Shown piece after piece: positions 25,026-38,147 of a DNA stretch of 52,547 nucleotides. Each line of letters begins with the position of its first letter. Within the stretch, counting starts at the first letter, position 1. Source of the DNA: Octopus bimaculoides (taxonomy: Eukaryota); NCBI RefSeq assembly GCF_001194135.2, contig NC_068998.1:33406101-33458647 (forward strand), written 5' to 3'. A model generated the notes under the pieces. The model saw nothing but the letters and a program-made list of their open reading frames with translations, searched no databases and was not told where the DNA came from. Position numbers and translations under genes: made by a program.

Positions 25026-25041
25026 AAATACACACACACAT

Positions 25042-25078
<37 letters not shown>

Positions 25079-25102
25079 CACACACACAAGCACACACACA
25101 CA

Positions 25103-25140
<38 letters not shown>

Positions 25141-25210
25141 AGCACGCACACACAAGCACACACACGCACACACACACACATACACNNNNNNNNNNACACA
25201 CACATACACA
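25026..25210. repeat. (CA)n microsatellite with a 10-N gap at 25186-25195
   Basis: Directly visible. Confidence 0.9.
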
Positions 25211-25229
25211 TGACAGACTCTTCCATCAA

Positions 25230-26950
25230 TTTTGACAGACGAGGACCTGGAGGCTTAGTATAATTGTTACTACTTGTGCTTGAGTCTCTGATGTGACTTT
25301 AATCCAGCTAAAGATTTGCAAGATTTCCCATCCTAAGGACAGGACACAGAATTATTCTAATGATGTCCTGAGATTGGATTTCAGTATTTTACCCTTGTTC
25401 TCTTTTCTTGAATGTGAATCAGTTATTGACTTTCGAAGTTGTTGTTACGCTGTGTCAAAAATTGAACCTCTCCTCCAACCAAGAGATTTTCAATGGAGCA
25501 GCCCTTTACTATAACAAGGTCCTAGCTGCCAGTGAATTGAAGGACCTCATCTCCTACATACCAGAACCCAACAACCACAGAAATACTATTTGGTTTGCCA
25601 CCCTTCTCTCTTAACACAAAAACGTCTGTAGGCAGAATATTCCTTAAATTAATAGATAAGCATTTCACTTGCTCCCATCGGTACCGGTCCATGTTCAACA
25701 AGCACAACGTTAGTCTCGTTTAGCAGTGTCCCCAACATTAAGAACATTCTTGTTAGCACCCCTAAGCCACAAGAAGAGGCAGGTTGTTCATGCAGGGAGC
25801 ACAGCAGATGCCTGGTAGGAGGCCACTGGAAAACCAAAGGGGTTGTCTATTAAGCCAAAGTACTGGCAAACCCTGGTAATACCACCAGCAGAAGCAGTAG
25901 CAGCCATAGGCACAAGAACAGAGCCAGCAACGCCACCACCATCGCCACAGTTACCAGCATTAGCAACAATAGTAATAACAGCACCAGCGATAACATTGGC
26001 AGTTCCCTCGACTGCAGCAACACTAACAACAACCACAGCATCCCCATCAACACCAACATTACCAACAGCTTCCCTAACGTCCACACTAGCAGACCTGACA
26101 ACCCCTATAGCAGCAGCAACAGGTTCAGTGCCACCACCAACTATAATGGCAATAACAGCAGCAGCAGTGACAGTGACCCTAGCAGAAACACCAGTGGAAC
26201 CACAGCTAATGACACCTCTAGCAGCAATGGCAGCTCCCCCACTAATGACAAGGACCACAACAATAACAACAACAGTGCCTTCACCATAACCATCACTGGC
26301 AATACCATTACCGATGCCACCACCACTCCCAGTGACGCCAACACCAGCGGTCCCAGCTCCATCAACAACAATGTCGGTTGCAGCAACAACAGCAACAGCA
26401 ACATCAATACATGCCCACAGAGATATATTGGATGTTCCGGGAACTCTTTCGAGCAATGTTTCTCCAACCACAGATCCTCCTTCAGAGTTCTGGAAAGGAG
26501 ATACATAACATCACTGGCCAGCCATGTCTGGCAACTAAGAGACGATGGAATTCCATACTCAATCTCATGGAAAATTCCCAAGAACCCAGGCCCCTACATC
26601 AACAGGATGAAGCGTTGCAAGTTATACATAGCTGAATGTGTGAGAATCCTAAAAGACTCATTCAAACCAGAGAACATCCTTAATTCCAGAACAGAGGTTT
26701 TCAGGCCATGTTCACATTTCAGGAAGTTCCTGATGGTGTTTTAGAGTCCACAAGATGGTGGCATGGTCAGAAGTTGACAGCCAATAACAAAGGGAGATAA
26801 TCCCCAATTGTTACCTTTGAGTAGTGAGGCATTTCCCCCTCCATATTTTTAAGAAGTCATGGGCCAACAGTGTTTTTGGATCTGACAATACTAAACCTTT
26901 TATGGACAGGAAACCTAGGATAATCCCATAAACTGGCCCTCCCCATTTTT
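25230..26950 (+). pseudogene. Penelope-like element, 3' half (RT end/thumb, Cys-rich linker, GIY-YIG endonuclease with low-complexity insert)
   Basis: KLNLSSNQEIFNGAALYYNKVLAAS..NHRNTIWF; VGRIFLKLIDKHF; GCSCREHSRCLVGGHWKTKGVVY*AKV; then RYIGCSGNSFEQCFSNHRSSF..SLASHVWQL..YSISW..RCKLYIAE..ILNSRTEVFRPCSH. The frame is open from 25854 to TAG at 26742-26744. Confidence 0.9.
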
Positions 26951-27378
26951 TAATATACATACATATGTATATATATGTATGTGATTAGAGAAAAAGAAGT
27001 AGAAAGAAAAGAGGGAGAGAGAAAAAGAGGATGAGAGAAGCATCTATGACATGAGTTAGAGGGAATGTAATTGTAATGCTTTCATGTGATTAGTTGAAGG
27101 AAAAGAGAGAACCAGATAAAGAAAACGGAGAGAGAAAAAGAAGAGAGTAAAAGAAGATAAGGCGAAGAGTGAGGCAGAAAGAAAGAGAAAAGACAGAGAG
27201 AAGCGTCCATGATATGTGGTAGGGGGAATGTAATATTTATTATGTGGTTAAAATAGTTAGTTGAAGGTAGTGATATAGAGGAGAGTTATGAATATAATTT
27301 TAGCAGAGGGGTGATGTTCTGATGGTGAGATTACAGAAGGGCAGAGAGAGAGGGGGAGTGGTGGTGGTGGTGATGGTG

Positions 27379-28138
27379 CCATTCTCTTCAGAAAGAAACC
27401 AGTTTTCAGTTCACTTGTCATATGCAATAACTATCAATAAATCACAAGGGCAGACATTTGATAAAGCGGGACCATTCTTGCCTGAATCTGTATTTGGCCA
27501 TGGTCAGCTATATGTCGCATTCTCAAGAGCTCAAAAATTATCTGATGTGTGAGTTAAAGTTATCAACACTGACAAACAAGGGAAAAGAAGAGGGAGAACT
27601 TACATGAGGAACATAGTCTGCAAAGAAGTATTGGATTGAAAGGTGTACACAAATTGGAATGTGTATTGGCTCTGAGCCATTGCCTTGACTTATAAGTTAC
27701 CAACGATGTGATTTTCAGAGTATGCTATGCTACATTGAATTTCTATCCCTGTGAAATTGTGACCCCTATACTTTACATATAATTTTCTTTTTCTTTACTA
27801 TGAAAATTTGTTTTTTATATACGAAATTGTGAACATGTAAAATTTAAGATGTAAGTTCTTCTCTTTATGGGGAAAATGGAAAAATAAGAGTAAATATTTA
27901 TTTTATGAGTGCTGTGTATTAAGTCTATAAAATTGTGCATAAAATAAATAAAGTATATAAAATGCATTAAGTTATCATTGTATTCCAATTTCCTTCACTT
28001 TTCAATGAATTGCAGATGAGCGACTATCTTTTGATACAGACAACGCAGGCTACACTTTCAGGCTTTTGGGATAAGGTTTTCAGGAATAACCCAATAGGTT
28101 TACTATTAATTCTGTGAAATATTCACGGATCCCGCTAG
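27379..28138 (+). mobile_element. Helitron 3' end with Pif1-type helicase C-terminal remnant
   Basis: PF..RNQFSVHLSYAITINKSQGQTFDK..PESVFGHGQLYVAFSR (helicase motifs V-VI). Subterminal hairpin CTGTGAA-ATA-TTCACGG (28112-28128), then CTAG (28135-28138) followed by T. 5' boundary unresolved. Confidence 0.88.
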
Positions 28139-28199
28139 TATCTATAATTGATCTTCTCATATTTCAAAGTTAATAATAAATTAGCAATAAATCTGACTG

Positions 28200-28740
28200 A
28201 AGATCTTATTTACATGAAGGTTAACAAAGGTGAAAGTTGGCAATGCATATAGTAATGAATTTAATGTATGAGTAGGAGTTCACCAAGGATCAGTTTTCAG
28301 CCCCCACTTGTTTATTATAATCTGCCAGGCTATGACAGGAATTCAAGACTGGCTGCCCCTAGGAGCTCCTCTGTGCTGATGACCTTGTTCTTATAGCTGA
28401 ATCATTACCTGGCCTACAAAGAAAGTTCAGGAGTGGACGGAAGGTCTGGAATCTAAGAGCCTTAGAATTAATTTAGCAAAAACCAAAGCCCTAGTAAGTA
28501 GGAAAACAGACAAATCAAAAGTCCCTTCAGGCAGATGATCATGCTTGATATGTAAGAAAGGTGTTGGTAGAAGCATCATACAGTGTACACAATGCAAGCT
28601 CAGGACACATAAGAAGTGTAGCAGTCTCACAAAATAGTCTTTGTGTATGGTAAATGTGTGGGTACAATTAGCATTAAGAATGCACAGAGAAGACTTCTTC
28701 ACATGCTCAAAGAGATTCTAAGAAGTAGTAGATGGTAGAG
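28200..28740 (+). pseudogene. RTE-type LINE reverse transcriptase fragment followed by a Cys-rich finger
   Basis: VGVHQGSVFSP..GCP*ELLCADDLVLIAES..GLESKSLRINLAKTK (QG..LSP and YADD motifs), then SCLICKKGVG..CTQCKLRTHKKC. Frameshifted. Confidence 0.85.
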
Positions 28741-29660
28741 AAAGACTTATTGAGATGCAGATGAAGTAGGAGTGATGGTTAGTAGTTGGGGTCTATATAT
28801 CAAGAGTAGATGATGCATGACAAATAGGATAAAAAAGAGAGGGAGAGAGATAGGTAACAATATAGATAGAGTAAAGTAAATTGTATTGAGTACAGATAGT
28901 TTGATGCAGTTTCTTAATCATAGGCTCATAGTTGGAATAGTGGGTAGTGTGATGAGGATGGTCCAATGCAGTCTCTTATACATAGGGCTAGTGAAGGAAG
29001 AAGAGGGAGCAGAGTGATAAGTATGGTGCTACATGGAACTCTTAGTCATTTGTAAGCATTACAAGAGGTAAAATGAGATGGAGACTTTGAGCGATAGATA
29101 TTAAATGAAATGAGCAGATAGGTTGATGGAGGAGAAAAGTGGGCACAGGTAGTATGATTTGAGTGAACCAATGATCATTCATATAAAAGTTAGTTAGTCA
29201 CACATCATCTCTGATTTGAATAAAATTAGTACCAGACTGAAATAAGATCTAAGTAAAAATTCTGGAAAGCAGTGCTCAGCACATCTGCAGTTGAAACAGA
29301 AATAAAAGCTGGAAATAATCATCTGGCAGTTAAAATATGGCTTAATGTTCTACATTATATACTCGTAGAGAATTTATATTTATATGTTTCATGAAATCTT
29401 TCTAGTACTCTAATTGCCACACCTACCATACTAGATAATTAACTCCAGATTTAGACAGGTATATAAACTAAATAATCTAGCAGTGCAAGGACTGTTTTGA
29501 ATAAACATGAGCTCAAAATGGCAATATTTCAATAAGCAGTCTCCCATGTTTTCTCTATAAACTATAACCTGAAAATTATTTGATAGAAACACTGAAAATT
29601 GTACAAGCTTATAATACTTATCCTTGTGTAAATACCTTACTGCATTTCTGTCAGATTATT

Positions 29661-29722
29661 TTCTATATTGCAAAGTTCTATATTCTGTATTGTAAAGTTC
29701 TATATTCTATATTGTAAAGTTC
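29661..29722. repeat. 22-bp minisatellite, about 2.8 copies
   Basis: TTCT(A/G)TATTG(C/T)AAAGTTCTATA repeated in tandem. Confidence 0.9.
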
Positions 29723-30129
29723 ACCTAGCTATCAGTTACAACAAGAACACTTTTGAAGGAATAAGTTTTTTAAATGTTCTATAATTTATTGGATTTCATG
29801 ATCAATAGCAGCATTGGATACATGTTTCCAATAAGCCAATCACTGGTTCATTGCATTTTCTGACTACAGCAGCAACAAGTCAATGTCTGTAAATTGGTAC
29901 AGAAGAAATATTGGAAGAGGTTTCATTCAAAGAACATTGGTTTTTCAGTTTCCCCAATATTTACATCGTTTGCCAATGTAAACCAGGAAAAGATACTCAC
30001 ATAGGCAAAAACACACACAGCCACACACACACACACACACACACATACACATGCACACAAACATACACACACATACACACGTATTTAAACTGTAAAGTTA
30101 GATCAAACACATTGTGGTGAATATAGAAC

Positions 30130-30290
30130 AGCAGATTTCCACATAGCTTCTAAATACCAAATTCCACTCACAAATTGCTAATCATTTCATGACTATGGTA
30201 CAAAACACTTTCCAAAGATATCTCACAGTAGGATTGAACTAGAAACTTTGTAACTGCGGAGCAAACTTTTTAATCCCACAGCCATGCAAT
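30130..30290 (-). mobile_element. Diverged SINE family 1 head fragment
   Basis: ..AAATTCCACTCACAA..CAGTAGGATTGAACTAGAAAC..CCACAGCCATGC aligns loosely in reverse with 24395-24535. Confidence 0.55.
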
Positions 30291-33200
30291 GGGTGAGTTT
30301 CATTTTGGGGTAATGTTATTTACAATGATTAACATTTAATATATAGGATAAAATTCCATATCCACTGAATGCTGTTATGACAAAATAACAGAGTTAATTA
30401 GAGGCTGGTCTACTTCTTAAGGGTCATCAATTAAAATACACTGGAGGTGGGTATTTTGGAAGAATACTTACATTCAGACTGCTTAAATTAATGGATGTAT
30501 ATCAGGTTTCCTGTGAAATTCTCTGTAGAGCTCATTACTAGTTGATAAATTACTCTGGTTACATGAAATTATGCAACTGACTACACTTATTTCACATATG
30601 TGTAGAATAGATAAATATTTATTCTTATTTTTATGCTTAATGTTATAGAAACTAGAATTAAACTCTGGGGAAATGATTAGCTTAACACTTAATGTGCCAT
30701 CCTTGTTTCTTTAGATTTGGTGTAATCAGGCAGTTTAAATTCAATCCATGCATTTATAGACAAACAAATATTATTTGAAATGATAGCGATGGTAATGGTG
30801 AATGTCACAGTAATAGCACAGATATATCAATACAGACATATAAAAATGTGATATTCATGTTTTATCCAATTACACTAGATTTTATTGATTTTCTTTATAT
30901 TATACTGAAATCCAGTTTGTGAACATTTTAAAAGAAGCTTTCTTTATGATCAATAAATTGTAAAATATTGATTTTATTTAATTAATTATAAAGATATATA
31001 TTATGGTTGAACATATAATCAATATATTACTGGCTCATATTTTATCAACATGGGTTGAGTGATGAAAGGTACAGTTTCCCTCTCTTAGTAATAGCTACAC
31101 AGTGAGATATTCTACATTATACTTAATCATTTGCTTTACATAAATAATTTTTCTGTTACTTTTTGTATAAATCCAAACCTCCCTCTTTATTTTAAAAGTG
31201 CTGAAATAGTTTTACCCATTCCCAAATATCTAGGTGATTACATCTTAGCTTCTTAGTACTTGTCATTTATATTTTTTTACGTAGACATAAGGCTCTATTT
31301 GTCCTAATGGTATATGAATGAAGGAAAGTCAAGTCTATTTTATTGATTGTAACAACTGTTTGATGGACATTAAATTGTACTTGGCAGTGTAGTATAGTGT
31401 AAGTGAACATTCCATATGCACTTCTACCTTCAAAATAAACTTTGGACACATTCAATGTGACACTGCATAACAAAGCTAGTTCCTCAAATTACAGGCACAA
31501 AGTCAGGTCCTCAAATCCATCTCATAAGCTTCCACAAAGTTTCCATCTAATCAAACTCATCAAAAGCTATGGTCAGTAAGATTTGTCCATGATGCTGCAC
31601 TATTAAGTTTAAAGCAAAACTTGTTAATCACTTGGATGTGTGATTATATGTAAGAGGCATAAACAAGAAACAAATTGCTTTGGTTATAAATACAAAACAA
31701 GTTTCTCACCCTGCTATCCATCTCAGAGCTCAACTCTGCTTTGTTACACTTTCATAATTCTGTGACATATTGCTGGTGGTTGAAACATCTTTTGTCCTGA
31801 TTTTCTTTTACTTCATTATAGTTTCACTGAAGCTTCAACCAAGCTTGAAATAATATCACTTCTTTCTGCTTTACTGAATTAGATTATGAACTTAACTAAT
31901 TGGATTGTTGATATAAAGATAACTTACATCAATAAGTTATTACATACTAATCTAAATATCACAATTCTTAATGTTGGTTAAAGTTTCGAATTCTGAAGGA
32001 GAAGAAATTCAATACCCTGAGTATTGTAATGAAGATATTCTTGCAGACTTATGTCAGTGGAGTGAAACCGACATTTTTAAAGTAATCATCATCGATGTCA
32101 TCATTGTCTTTTTTGCTGCTGTCAGAGTCATCACTGTCATTATCAACATTGTTGTTTACTGTAAATACATGTGTTTCACAGAGCTCTGTCTAGAAAGTAT
32201 TTTATCCCAAGAGGACTCTATAGGAAATCGTGTGCTATCAGTTATATCCCCAATGAAGGATTTATAAATATTTAAATATCCACAGCATTATCTACAGTAG
32301 GAAAGAAGATTTGTCGTTCAATATTTTATTGTGTACATATAGTTTCACCAACAACTATTGTACTTTGTTTACTAGTGGTTCACTATGGCCAACACAGTAG
32401 TAGTAGCTAGAAATACTTGCCATTGTGGGAAAAGCTGTGAATATGTGCCCAAATTTTTTCTGACATATACATTATAATAAAAGCAAATAAAAAGAAATAA
32501 CATTTAAACAGACAGAATATAAGAGCACAACTTGTTAGTTTAAGAAGCACAAAATAGTTAGAAAATTTTTTTTAAATGTTGATTTAAATGACAATCATAA
32601 AAGCACTGCCAACACCAATAGCAACACTTCTTTTACTTAAATCAATGTCTGGCAGAAGTCAAGGCATGGGAGAAGTATTTTCCTGAAGAATTTCCTAAAA
32701 AATGGTAACATACTTGTTTTTTTTACCATATACCCACAAAAGCTGAGTTGTAGAGATGATGGGTGATAGGATTTATGCCCCATGGATAGGTACAGAGCAT
32801 ATACAGGTGTACACCTGACTTGTAAGACCAAGCACAAGGCAAGAAGGCAGGCAAAGCAGGTATGACTCATGCATGTACACAGAATGAAGACGTAGTTCAT
32901 GGGAAAAGAGAAACATGGGTTACAGCCAGAAAATATTGATACAGACATTACTCTTTGGCTTGTCCTTACTATTTTGTTATAGTACATGTAGACATATCTC
33001 CTGCAGCATCATGTGATCAGGTAGGATCTGCTTGGGTACATAGAGTGTGATGACCACTGAAAATCACAAGTTTATCCAGATGTTATACATCTTTGAAGGA
33101 GTGAAAAGGAGATCAATAGGTTAGTGTTACAAGGCAGTAGAGCCAGTTGCTGCTTGTGTGAGTTAAGGTTTTTCAAGCTCACTCCTACAAAATAAATAAA

Positions 33201-34524
33201 AATTGTTTCTACATGGTAAAACAAATACAAAATCCTTGTTGGGGGTGCATATCTTGAATAAGTTATATTTCGATTTCTGAACAAGCTTCGTTTTCACCAA
33301 TAAACACAAGTAATTTTGTTATTTAAAGGAAAATCATACTGTCTGATTTCAGGGCCTCATTTGAAGTGCTGTTAATATTTACAGGGAACTGTATTTTCAC
33401 TGTGTGCATATAACTGTTCTAGCAATTCTTCTAAATTATATGTTGATCATAATGTAGCATGTGACTTGCAAAAATTCATAATTTCTTGCAATGTGTACAG
33501 CATAAGAAAATATGAAATTTGAATTGATTCCACCCAAGATTGTGAAACTTCATTAGTGTTATAATAAATGTTGTGTCATATGCTAGGCAGTCATTTTCCA
33601 TTTACAGAGTAGATGTAGAAGTGTAAATCTTTCCTTGAATTTTAAAACAATAAGGTCCTTCTTCTTTGGCTGAATTAATTTTTATGGCAAATGAAGTGAA
33701 GGAAACTTCACGGTTAGAATTTTGGATATTTTCATTAAAATGGTTAGTTTCCTAGGTATTTACATAATTGAATAGTTTCAGTTTATCAACAGCTGCAGAA
33801 GAGGAAGTCACACGTTACTGTTTATGTTAACAATTTAGAGCTTCATTTTTGTTATGAAACCAGGATTTCTCTCTATTTCTCTGATGTTTTAGGGTTCATC
33901 AGCAACTTCTGCATACTGATGTCTTATCATAAGAACAACAAATTGAGTCTGACATTTTCTACTTCTTTGAACATATAGTACATTTAACAAAGGCTATTTG
34001 TTCATGCTTCCTTATCCATATTCAATTTCTTCCTTTGCATCTCACTTTCGCTTGCTGCTATTGCAAATAACCAGCTTGATATACACTGGTCATGTTTTCT
34101 CTTTATATCTGTTGACTTTCTATTTGACACATTAGATATCCATACATGTTTGTATATAGCCATATTGGCTATTGTCCACTGATTTTTATCTTAAATTTTT
34201 CTTTTGTTTTTTGTTCTTGTACATTGTTTATCAATTGTTTTTCATATTTTCATGCTTTGTGTCTGATTTTGTTCCATAGTGTATGTTATTTCAAAGTGAA
34301 ATGAGAATAAAATTTATTGTGCAAAAATTTTCCTTTCCTAATAATATATTTGAACAATTATCTCAAGAGATTAGATCCATTTATTCTTCAGATTAAAAAA
34401 AAAGTAAAAACTCTCACTTTTATTCATCCAGGAAAACAGCTTTTTTCCTGAAAACTTATTTAGAAGAGAAAAGTTTTGTTGAACTAGAAGTGTAGTTCTG
34501 TAAAGTAAGAATTTGATAATAATC

Positions 34525-34700
34525 CTTTCTACTAAAGGCACAAGGCCTGAAATTGTTGTGGAGGGAACAAGTCGATTACATCGACTCCAGTGTCTCACTG
34601 GTACTTGATTTATCGATCTTGATAGGATGAAAGGCAAAGTCAACCTTAGCCAAATTTGAACCCAGAATGTAGCGACGGGCAAAATACCACTTAAGAATTT
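34525..34700 (-). mobile_element. SINE family 2 fragment
   Basis: CCTTTCTACTAAAGGCACAAGGCCTGAAATT...GGATGAAAGGCAAAGTCAACCT is the reverse complement of 19010-19230. Confidence 0.8.
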
Positions 34701-35474
34701 AATAACAGAAAATTGTTGAAATATAAAATGATTAATAAATGATAAGAAATTGGAATACCCCACCAAGTAAAAAGTGTTTATATTGTCAAATGTGAAAGTA
34801 TTTTTCTAGAAAATGTAATTATGAAGAAATGAAAGTATTCAGTTATTACAACAAACAGTGGACAGTTGGGTACTGCCTGGATACTTCAAAATACTCTCCT
34901 TAATGAAAGCATGTTAAATCACTGTAAAATTCTGTAAAGAGAAGAAAAAAGCAAAACAAGCTCTCATCACACACATTATTTATTTGTAAACCAAAATGAC
35001 CACAAAATTTTTAGTCGGGGAAGGTGTTAGTTACAGCAGTTACAACTGAATATAACCTGCAAAATTTTGAAAATGAAGAGTGTTTGTCCACTCTGGGAAA
35101 ATGAAGAGTGTCTGAGTTGCATGTTATTTAACCAGAAGTAAAAACCTGACGAGACTGTTAAATGACTGGGAAACACTGTGATAATTAATAAGAAATGAAC
35201 GAAGAGGACAACCATTGTCAAATGATAAATTTCTGAAATCCAAACCAACAGCTAAAGAGAGCCACTCAAAAGATGCACCCAAAGAGCGAAGATTGGGAGA
35301 ACCAAGTTTGCAAATATTTAGGGGAGCAGAATGTGCCTGAAGTCATATGGTGCCCTTATTCTACCTAGGTGGTGCCTCCTTAGTGCCTTGTAGGTGGGTA
35401 ACTCTTAAATGTTCTGATTACTAAATTTTCAACCTGCGTCAATACTGTATTATCTTTTTTACTTTACCCTATTG

Positions 35475-35491
35475 ATTAGTATATGTGTGTG

Positions 35492-35539
<48 letters not shown>

Positions 35540-35580
35540 CACATGCACATATGTGTGTGTAGATGTATGTAAATGCACAT
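35475..35580. repeat. (TG)n microsatellite
   Basis: Directly visible. Confidence 0.9.
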
Positions 35581-38147
35581 TCCCATATATTTTGTAACTT
35601 TCTTATATAATACATTGTGTAATATGTGACTGGAACCTTGTGGACAATCAAGAAAGTCTTCTGATTATCATCATCATCGTCATTATTATTACATTGGCAC
35701 TGTAATACATGCTAGGAAAGCCATGAAAATATTTTTAATGAAAAATGGTATCCTAGGTGAACAGTTTGAGATTTTGTAGTTTTGGCAGTTTTGTAGGTAA
35801 AATTGATGAAGCTTGTTACTCTTGATTTGTGAAAAGTTAAAAGGATTTATATATTCTATTGAACAACATTTTCTTTTAAACAGTTGCTCAATAAAATTAT
35901 GTAATATCTTTCAACAGATTTTACTGATTTTTTTTAATGTTATGTATTGCTACTTGTATTCCTGGTGTATATTATTAGGTAGTATTCCCTACAATAGAAA
36001 CAGGTGGGAGAAAGCTTAAAATGTCAATCAGATGATTATTTCCCTATAGATTCTTTTACCATAGATTTATTGTATAGAATTTATGAGGCTTATTCAAGAA
36101 CAACAACCACAACAACAAAAAGGTGGATGCAATTTCTCTAGCTTCTAAGGCAGAAATTATATTTTTATTGATAGAGATTAATAAAAGCCTTGATATTGTC
36201 ACCACAAAGTAGAATTTCTGTATTACATAACTTTGATATTAACTACACCACAATAAATATTGATTGATGTTGCTATACTGTCTCCACCCACTGTAGTACT
36301 CTCATCATGATAAATATTGATTGATATGCTTTCAGTTATAGCTCTGTGAAATGCAAAAGGAATTTCATTAGATTTGTTCTCTTAAACATTAGTCCTTTTA
36401 TCGTAACAAAAATCACTCTATTAGCTTATTTCAAAAGCAGTTAAGTAATTTTTGCAGAAATGATATATTTTTTATTATTATATTTAGTTATTATTTTCAT
36501 ACCAGTATTCCTGTTAAACAAAGTTTTTTAGTCATGATTTTATATAAGTGAGCATGGTAGGTCAGATATTAGCCTATAGTAAGTTAAATGTTTGATTCAG
36601 TACACCTTACTATTTGTGACCAAACAATCTCTTTTCCTTTGTTACAGTTTTCTACAGAAATACATAAAATAGCACATAGGTAACAGTGAAGCCAGTAATA
36701 GTACCAGACAGGGGCAATCTCCAGCATTGCTATGATCTCCCAACAGCTTTGTTTGCACCCACAATATTTAATCTAGACAGGGGGCCCTGACTATATACAC
36801 ACTCAGTTTGTTCTGTGTTTTTGTGATTTTACTTTTGCAGAAGTCATCTTTCTTGAAGTATTCCTGCAGTCTCACTAATTTGTCATTGCAAAGGTTTTGT
36901 GGATATGTATCATGCATAATATCTTCCTTAATTTTCTACTTTGTTTGTTCTCTCTTTTATATTGAGTAATTTTTGCATTTTTTTTTGTTCATATTAACAA
37001 AGTTGAATCAATCATTTTTCTACTGACCAGCAAGAATATTAAATTTGCTGTTACTCATCTTTTAAGTTCAATTAGTACCATCAATAAATTCACTCCTTTT
37101 AGTCTCATTTTCATGCTGTTACTCCTCTAAACTTCTCTAGCTTAGTTTTGTATAATTTATTTGCCAAAGTATCTACAAATGTCTATTTTACTGCTTAGTG
37201 TGTTATCCTATCAGTTTTACACAGATAATACTCCGCAGTGCAGTTAGTTTTTGCTTTATTATCATCTTATTAATATACAGATTAGCCATTTCTTTGTTAA
37301 CCATTTGAAAGCAAATATGATTAAAATTTCCCACCTTTCTCTATACCAGCATAAACTTGTTTTACTTTTTTTCAAATTTTGTATTCCTTCCCATTATCTC
37401 TTATATTTTATAATGTATTACCATGGGTGTGTGAGGCAATGGTGTATGCCTCACTACTGATCTGGACAAGACTCTATTCTGAGAGCAAAAATTTGGGTGA
37501 ACAGCAAATCCTGAGATTAGAAGAAATTTATTTTTCTAAAGCCAAACATGGTGATAATTTTGACAGTACCTTCACTCAAAACTACACTCACACTCCAAGG
37601 AAGGTTTAGACACAATAAAGGTGATGAAACGAGGAGTGATCAGTGGAATGGGGATGCCTAGGTGGAGGTGGCATATGCCCAACCAGTTCCAAGGTCAGAG
37701 GCCATTATAGTAGCAGGTGAAAGGGCAGAGAGGGTAACAACATGCCTGTGGACTTAAGGCTGAAGCATGTTTGATTTCATCTGTCAAGTGGCCTTTTGTT
37801 GATGTGATCTATATATTATATATATACAATTATATATATATAATATATATATAATTATATAATATAATCATATAATTATATTAATTAATTATATAATTGA
37901 ATTAATTATATAATTAATTCAAATATGAATTAATTATATAAATTGTAAAATACGGTAAATATGAATTAATTACGTTACATGCCAGACAGCAGTTTTGCTA
38001 CAATATATTACATTTCTGCATTTAAACTGGGATTGTCTGTAAGTAAATTGCTCAGTAGTTCTAGTAGTTTCTAATTTTTGATTTATTTATAATTTACACA
38101 AATTATTTTATATTAATTTTAGTCAATTTTTAGTTTTAGATTTAAAC

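Noticed and set aside
25788-26471. 227-aa Val/Ala/Gly-rich minus-strand ORF and the 148-aa Thr/Pro/Ala-rich plus-strand ORF
   Set aside because: Shadow frames of the low-complexity insert; PLE homology lies in the third plus frame.
26845-26900. TTAAGAAGTCA..TGACAATAC as a possible HHR relic after the 26 kb PLE
   Set aside because: Four or more core mismatches; only a 4-bp helix supports it.
32640-33070. Purine-rich stretch resembling decayed LINE coding sequence
   Set aside because: No diagnostic motif could be recovered by eye.
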